Assembly: GCA_050485545.1 (NCBI GenBank)
Contig: JBJHBP010000002.1
Location: 87,857-151,856 of the forward strand
DNA: 64,000 nucleotides
Reading direction: 5' to 3'
From: Gammaproteobacteria bacterium
GTDB lineage: Bacteria; Pseudomonadota; Gammaproteobacteria; Steroidobacterales; Rariloculaceae
Positions 60,029-64,000 of the stretch are shown piece after piece (positions within the stretch are counted from its first letter, which is position 1; the number at the start of each line of letters is the position of its first letter). The notes beneath the pieces were generated by a model. The model had not been told where the DNA came from. It saw only the letters and a program-made list of their open reading frames with translations, and did not search any database. The position numbers were made by a program, and so were the translations under genes.

Positions 60029-60760
60029 ATGCTCAATCGATCTGTTTCCTTGACCGGACGCCTGGTTGGCCTTGTGCTGGCAGGCCAGTTTCTCGCTGCT
60101 GCAGCCAGCGCACAGGGGGACGAAGACGCGGTGTCGGGCCGTGCAACCCTGGGATTCCTGTCGACCACCGGCAACACTGAGAGCACCAATACCAACGCGC
60201 GGCTGCGTCTGCGCTATGTGCCTAATGAGTGGAGTCACGAGTGGGATCTGTCCGCCGTAGGTGCGACGCGCGGGGAGGAAACCACCACCGAGGCCTACAC
60301 CGGCCGCTATGTGGCGCGCCGCGCCTGGGGGCGCAGCTTCATGTTCGCGGCGCTCGACTGGAACAAGAATCGATTCTCGGCCTACCAGCGGCAGCGCTCC
60401 GAATCGCTCGGCTATGGCCACACGGTGGTTGATACCGAAAATCACGAATTCAGCGCCGAGGCCGGTCTGGGTCGACGCTTCGCGCGCCGAATCGACGGCG
60501 CCACCTCGGAAGAAGCGATTGCCCGTGCGTCGCTCGATTACGACTGGACGCTGAATTCCACCACGTCTTTCGCCCAGGAACTGGTCGTGGAATCCGGTTC
60601 CTCCAATACCCGCACGGAATCCGTCTCGGCGCTGCGCGCCAGGCTGTTCAGGGATATCGCGCTGGTCGTCTCGTACCGCCTGCGGCGGGATACGGACGTG
60701 CCGCCCGGGTCGGTCCGCACGGACACTTTCTCGTCAATTTCGCTGGAATACGCGTTCTGA
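60029..60760 (+). CDS. DUF481 (YdiY-like) outer-membrane beta-barrel protein
   Basis: Signal peptide ...LAAAASAQG, GFLSTTGNTESTN, and the terminal SISLEYAF. Confidence 0.75.
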   Translation: MLNRSVSLTGRLVGLVLAGQFLAAAASAQGDEDAVSGRATLGFLSTTGNTESTNTNARLRLRYVPNEWSHEWDLSAVGATRGEETTTEAYTGRYVARRAWGRSFMFAALDWNKNRFSAYQRQRSESLGYGHTVVDTENHEFSAEAGLGRRFARRIDGATSEEAIARASLDYDWTLNSTTSFAQELVVESGSSNTRTESVSALRARLFRDIALVVSYRLRRDTDVPPGSVRTDTFSSISLEYAF

Positions 60761-60886
60761 ACACGGCCCGACATCGATCAGAGGCAAGAATGGCGGAACT
60801 GCCTGTTGCGCCGGGCAGGCCGCATCAGTAGTATTCCGCCTTTCGCCGGGCCGGTGCGGCCCGGGTAATCAGCAGCAGCCACCACG

Positions 60887-61315
60887 ATGAAAACATATTC
60901 CGCAAAGCCGGAGACCGTCCGGCGTGACTGGTACGTCGTCGATGCCACGGGGCAGACGCTTGGCCGACTGGCGACCGAGATCGCCAGCCGTCTGCGCGGC
61001 AAGCACAAGCCCGTGTACACAGCGCATGTCGATACCGGCGACTATATTGTTGTGATCAATGCGGAAAAGATCCGCGTCACGGGTCGCAAGCTCAAGGACA
61101 AGATGTACCACCATCACACCGGGTACATCGGCAATCTGAAGTCCGAGCCGCTGGAAAACCTGCTGGAGCGCGCTCCGGAGCGGGTGCTGGAGCTGGCTGT
61201 GAAGGGCATGCTGCCCCGCAATCCGCTGGGCCGCCAGATGCTCAGGAAGCTGAAGGTCGTCCGTGGCCCATCCCATTCGCATGAGGCGCAGCAGCCTGCG
61301 CCGCTGTCCTTCTGA
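60887..61315 (+). CDS. rplM: 50S ribosomal protein L13
   Basis: [42 protein letters not shown]. Confidence 0.98.
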   Translation: MKTYSAKPETVRRDWYVVDATGQTLGRLATEIASRLRGKHKPVYTAHVDTGDYIVVINAEKIRVTGRKLKDKMYHHHTGYIGNLKSEPLENLLERAPERVLELAVKGMLPRNPLGRQMLRKLKVVRGPSHSHEAQQPAPLSF

Positions 61316-61332
61316 CCCGGAGTTCCGCTGAT

Positions 61333-61725
61333 ATGGCGACGCTTTCCAACTATGGTACGGGCCGGCGCAAGACCTCGGCCGCTCGTGTCTTTCTGAAGCC
61401 CGGCAGCGGTGAAATCCGCATCAACGGCCGGCTTCTGGATGAGTTCTTTGGTCGCAAGACCGCGCGCATGATTGTGCGTCAGCCGCTGGAAGTGGCTGAA
61501 CTGACCGACCGCTTTGATATTCACGTCACGGTCAGGGGTGGTGGCACCACCGGTCAGGCCGGTGCGATCAGGCACGGGATCACGCGAGCGCTGATGGCCT
61601 ACGACGAAACGCTGCGTCAGCCGCTGCGCCGCGCCGGGTTCGTCACCCGCGACGCACGTGAAGTCGAGCGTAAGAAGGTCGGTCTGCGCAAGGCTCGCAG
61701 GGCCACCCAGTTCTCCAAGCGCTGA
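61333..61725 (+). CDS. rpsI: 30S ribosomal protein S9
   Basis: [15 protein letters not shown]...[25 protein letters not shown]. Confidence 0.98.
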   Translation: MATLSNYGTGRRKTSAARVFLKPGSGEIRINGRLLDEFFGRKTARMIVRQPLEVAELTDRFDIHVTVRGGGTTGQAGAIRHGITRALMAYDETLRQPLRRAGFVTRDAREVERKKVGLRKARRATQFSKR

Positions 61726-61768
61726 TTCGCGTTTCCCGGGCATCCGGGGCAGGATTCGGGCTCTGGAT

Positions 61769-61842
61769 TGGGGGATCGTCTAGAGGCAAGACATCGGACT
61801 CTGACTCCGAGAACCCAGGTTCGAATCCTGGTCCCCCAGCCA
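61769..61842 (+). tRNA. tRNA-Gln (anticodon CUG), CCA encoded
   Basis: Hand-folded cloverleaf: acceptor TGGGGGA/TCCCCCA, D stem GTCT/AGAC, anticodon stem TCGGA/TCCGA with loop CTCTGAC, T arm CCAGG-TTCGAAT-CCTGG, discriminator G plus CCA. Confidence 0.9.
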
Positions 61843-61860
61843 CTCCCGGCCCTGGCCAGC

Positions 61861-62517
61861 CTAATTGATCGTCTTGATTCCGCCGGCTCCTGCGATCAGC
61901 AGCACATCGGCCGGTCGATGGGCGAACAGCCCCACCGTGACCACGCCCGCGATCTGATTGAAGCGGGTCTCCATTTCCAGTGGATTCGCAATCGTCAGAT
62001 TGTGCACGTCCAGAATCTGGTTGCCGTTGTCGGTGACAAACCCGTCGCGCCAGATCGGTTGTCCGCCGGCCTTCACGAACTGGCGCGAGACGTAGGATCG
62101 CGCCATCGGCACGACCTCCACGGGCAGCGGGAATCGACCCAGCATGCCGACAAGCTTCGACTCATCGGCAATGCACACGAATTTTCTGGACGCTGCGGCC
62201 AGCACTTTTTCGCGCGTCAGCGCGCCGCCGCCGCCTTTCACGAGGTGGCGATGTTTGGTCGCTTCATCCGCTCCGTCGATGTACAGATCCAGAGTGCCGA
62301 CTTCGGCAAGCTCGACAACTTCGATACCCGCATCGCGCAAGCGGGCCGTGGACCGTTCGGAACTTGAAACGACGACATCCGGTTTGCGGGGCAATTCCGC
62401 CATGGCGTCGATCAGGAAGTTCACCGTGCTGCCCGTGCCCACGCCCAGCGCCATGCCATCCTGAAGATACTCCAACGCCGCCAACGCGACCTTACGCTTG
62501 AGTTCGTTCTGATTCAT
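61861..62517 (-). CDS. rpiA: Ribose-5-phosphate isomerase A
   Basis: [34 protein letters not shown] and VVTVGLF are collinear with E. coli RpiA from residue 1. Confidence 0.95.
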   Translation of the reverse strand: MNQNELKRKVALAALEYLQDGMALGVGTGSTVNFLIDAMAELPRKPDVVVSSSERSTARLRDAGIEVVELAEVGTLDLYIDGADEATKHRHLVKGGGGALTREKVLAAASRKFVCIADESKLVGMLGRFPLPVEVVPMARSYVSRQFVKAGGQPIWRDGFVTDNGNQILDVHNLTIANPLEMETRFNQIAGVVTVGLFAHRPADVLLIAGAGGIKTIN

Positions 62518-62529
62518 GGTTCACCTGGC

Positions 62530-62561
62530 AAAAAAAAGTGCCCGCTTGGTAGCGGGCACTT
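62530..62561 (-). terminator. Rho-independent terminator of the H1-like gene (10-bp stem, 6-nt loop, about 8 U)
   Basis: The minus strand reads AAGTGCCCGC-taccaa-GCGGGCACTTTTTTTTT. It lies 48 nt downstream of the stop at 62609 and ends 12 nt before the rpiA start codon. Confidence 0.6.
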
Positions 62562-62608
62562 GTTGAGGCATAGAGTCGAAACACGACTCCATTGAGCGGT
62601 CAAACGTG

Positions 62609-62974
62609 TTACCGCTTCTTACGCGCGGTCTTGCGGGCTGCCTTTTTCTTGGTGGCCTTCTTACCGCGAGCCTTGGTTGTCTTTTTCTTGGCTGCCTTTT
62701 TCTTGGCTACCTTCTTTTTAGCGGTCTTTTTCTTGGCGGCTTTTTTCTTAGCAGTTTTCTTTTTCGCAGCCTTTTTCTTCGCTACTTTCTTTTTGGTCTT
62801 TTTCTTGGCTGCCTTTTTCTTTGCTGTCTTCTTCGCCGCCTTCTTCGCTACTCGCTTCTTGGTAGCCTTCTTCTTGGCAGCAGGTTTCTTCGCTACCTTG
62901 CGTCGTACAGACTTACGCTTGGTAGACGCCTTTTTCACAGATGTCTTTTTCTGAGAAGCCGATTCTTGAGCCAT
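62609..62974 (-). CDS. Histone-H1-like Lys/Ala-rich nucleoid-associated protein (AlgP/BpH1-type repeats)
   Basis: 121 aa that is almost entirely K/A/T repeats (AKKKAAKKKTAKKK...). The coding DNA is about 40% GC in a ~66% GC genome. All three plus-strand frames are open across it as an artefact of the repeat. Confidence 0.8.
   Translation of the reverse strand: MAQESASQKKTSVKKASTKRKSVRRKVAKKPAAKKKATKKRVAKKAAKKTAKKKAAKKKTKKKVAKKKAAKKKTAKKKAAKKKTAKKKVAKKKAAKKKTTKARGKKATKKKAARKTARKKR
62640..62900. repeat. Imperfect tandem codon repeats (AAG/AAA-GCN units) inside the H1-like gene
   Basis: Reiterated ctttttcttggc / ttcttcgc units are visible across the interval. Confidence 0.6.
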
Positions 62975-63150
62975 GGGTAGTCTCCGTGTCGGTTAAACGG
63001 CGTTGAGTATATATAAAAGGATCAAAAATTCCAGCGTGTTACCGATTTTTGCGCATCAACACCCAAGCGCATCCGATCGGGAAGTGTGACTCGATACTCA
63101 GTTATGAAAACGAAACGCGTCGTGTCGATGTGTGGGGAGGCAACGCAGCC

Positions 63151-63615
63151 TTACGAAAGTTTGAGGATGAACTGCCAGTGATCGTCGCTCACCGGCATCA
63201 CCGAAAGCCGGTTTCCTCGCCGCAACAACGTCATCCCCGAAAGCCCGCCAGCCGAGTGTTGACGCAGCTCCGGCAGGGTGATGACGCGGTCGAACGCCTT
63301 TTCGAGAGTGATGTCCACCATGTACCAACGCGGGTCGGACGGCTCACTGTCGGGATCGTGGTAGGGACTGTGAGCGTCGAATTGGGTGTGATCGGGATAG
63401 GCAGCACGCGCGATGCGGACGATGCCGGCGATGCCCGGTTGAGGGCAGCTGGAGTGGTAAAAAAAAGCGCGGTCGCCGCGCCGCATTTCGTCCCGAATGA
63501 AGTTGCGCGCCTGATAATTGCGCACGCCATCCCAGCATGTGCGGCGGCCTGGACTGGCGGCCAGGTTCTCGATACTGAAGGCCGAAGGTTCGGATTTGAG
63601 CAGCCAGTAGTTCAT
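63151..63615 (-). CDS. EVE-domain (PUA-like) protein
   Basis: MNYWLLKSEPSAFSIENLAASPGRRTCWDGVRNYQARNFIRDEMRRGDRAFFYHSS.... Confidence 0.85.
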   Translation of the reverse strand: MNYWLLKSEPSAFSIENLAASPGRRTCWDGVRNYQARNFIRDEMRRGDRAFFYHSSCPQPGIAGIVRIARAAYPDHTQFDAHSPYHDPDSEPSDPRWYMVDITLEKAFDRVITLPELRQHSAGGLSGMTLLRRGNRLSVMPVSDDHWQFILKLS

Positions 63616-63651
63616 CGAAACCCTCCCGGGAGTGTTGGTCTGAGGTTTTGG

Positions 63652-64000
63652 CTACGGCGCGGCGTCGGTGGTGAAGCGATACGTCCGCGCTTCGGTGACG
63701 GCGCCTGACAAAGGGATGTCCCAGTTCGAGCGATGCAACGGTCGTGGCATGCACTGGAAGCTGTACGCCACGCCCACCAGTCGCGGCCGCAGCCATGACG
63801 TCCGGTGGCGAAGAAACTCGAACGCCCTGTCGTAGTAACCGCGCCCCACGCCGATGCGCGTACCGTACTCATCGAACGCAACCAGTGGGGCGAGGACCAG
63901 GTCCAGCTGCCGGGCATCGAATGGCTGCGCATTTCGCGGTTCGGATATGCCAAAGAAGTTCGTGTTCAGCCTGGCGCTTCGGTCTATCGGGGCGAAGTGC
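63652..64000 (-). CDS. 5-formyltetrahydrofolate cyclo-ligase, C-terminal part (5' end beyond window)
   Basis: The frame is open from 63999: ...LDLVLAPLVAFDEYGTRIGVGRGYYDRAF...VGVAYSFQ...WDIPLSGAVTE. Confidence 0.85.
   Translation of the reverse strand, partial: HFAPIDRSARLNTNFFGISEPRNAQPFDARQLDLVLAPLVAFDEYGTRIGVGRGYYDRAFEFLRHRTSWLRPRLVGVAYSFQCMPRPLHRSNWDIPLSGAVTEARTYRFTTDAAP

Noticed and set aside
62592-62980. Two long Phe/Leu-rich plus-strand ORFs and a CRISPR-like periodicity
   Set aside because: Both ORFs are antisense frames of the Lys/Ala-repeat gene (TTT/CTT are the complements of AAA/AAG). The periodicity is a codon-level repeat without spacers, so this is not a CRISPR array.

Overview
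This is a 64-kb chromosomal segment from a high-GC bacterium. Hand counts of typical 60-nt lines give about 65-67% GC. The gene order points to a gammaproteobacterium: miaB-ybeZ-ybeY-corC-lnt, lptE/holA-nadD-rsfS-rlmH, maf-rng-yhdP-nit-tldD, purEK, pmbA, rplM-rpsI. The finer taxon is inference only. About 65 protein genes, one tRNA (Gln-CUG), several gene remnants and a few hairpins and palindromes can be supported. I saw no rRNA, CRISPR array, transposase or integrase. Core housekeeping blocks (5.8-16.4 kb and 33-62 kb) flank a roughly 16-kb accessory stretch (16.4-32.9 kb). That stretch holds thiol/quinone/aldehyde detoxification enzymes, secreted repeat proteins, a VapBC toxin-antitoxin pair and one clearly rearranged locus. 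The rearranged locus is the strongest finding: a three-gene YtrA-type GntR / ABC ATPase / polytopic membrane-protein cassette (22.6-25.1 kb, visibly AT-richer), bracketed by 202-bp direct repeats that are both 3' ends of a decayed HNH nuclease gene. No recombinase gene is nearby. Other items worth a second look:
- a cytoplasmic ThiS/MoaD-like (C-terminal GG) plus BNR/Asp-box propeller gene pair with no E1 enzyme
- a secreted protein built from three tandem SnoaL/NTF2-like modules
- an ExeA/GspA-like AAA ATPase fused to an FHA domain, with no secretion genes around it
- a DUF1640-like gene split by an in-frame TAA
- an AT-rich islet encoding a histone-H1-like poly-Lys/Ala protein, whose intrinsic terminator sits directly on the rpiA ribosome-binding region

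All functional calls come from motif and family recognition by eye. No database search was run.
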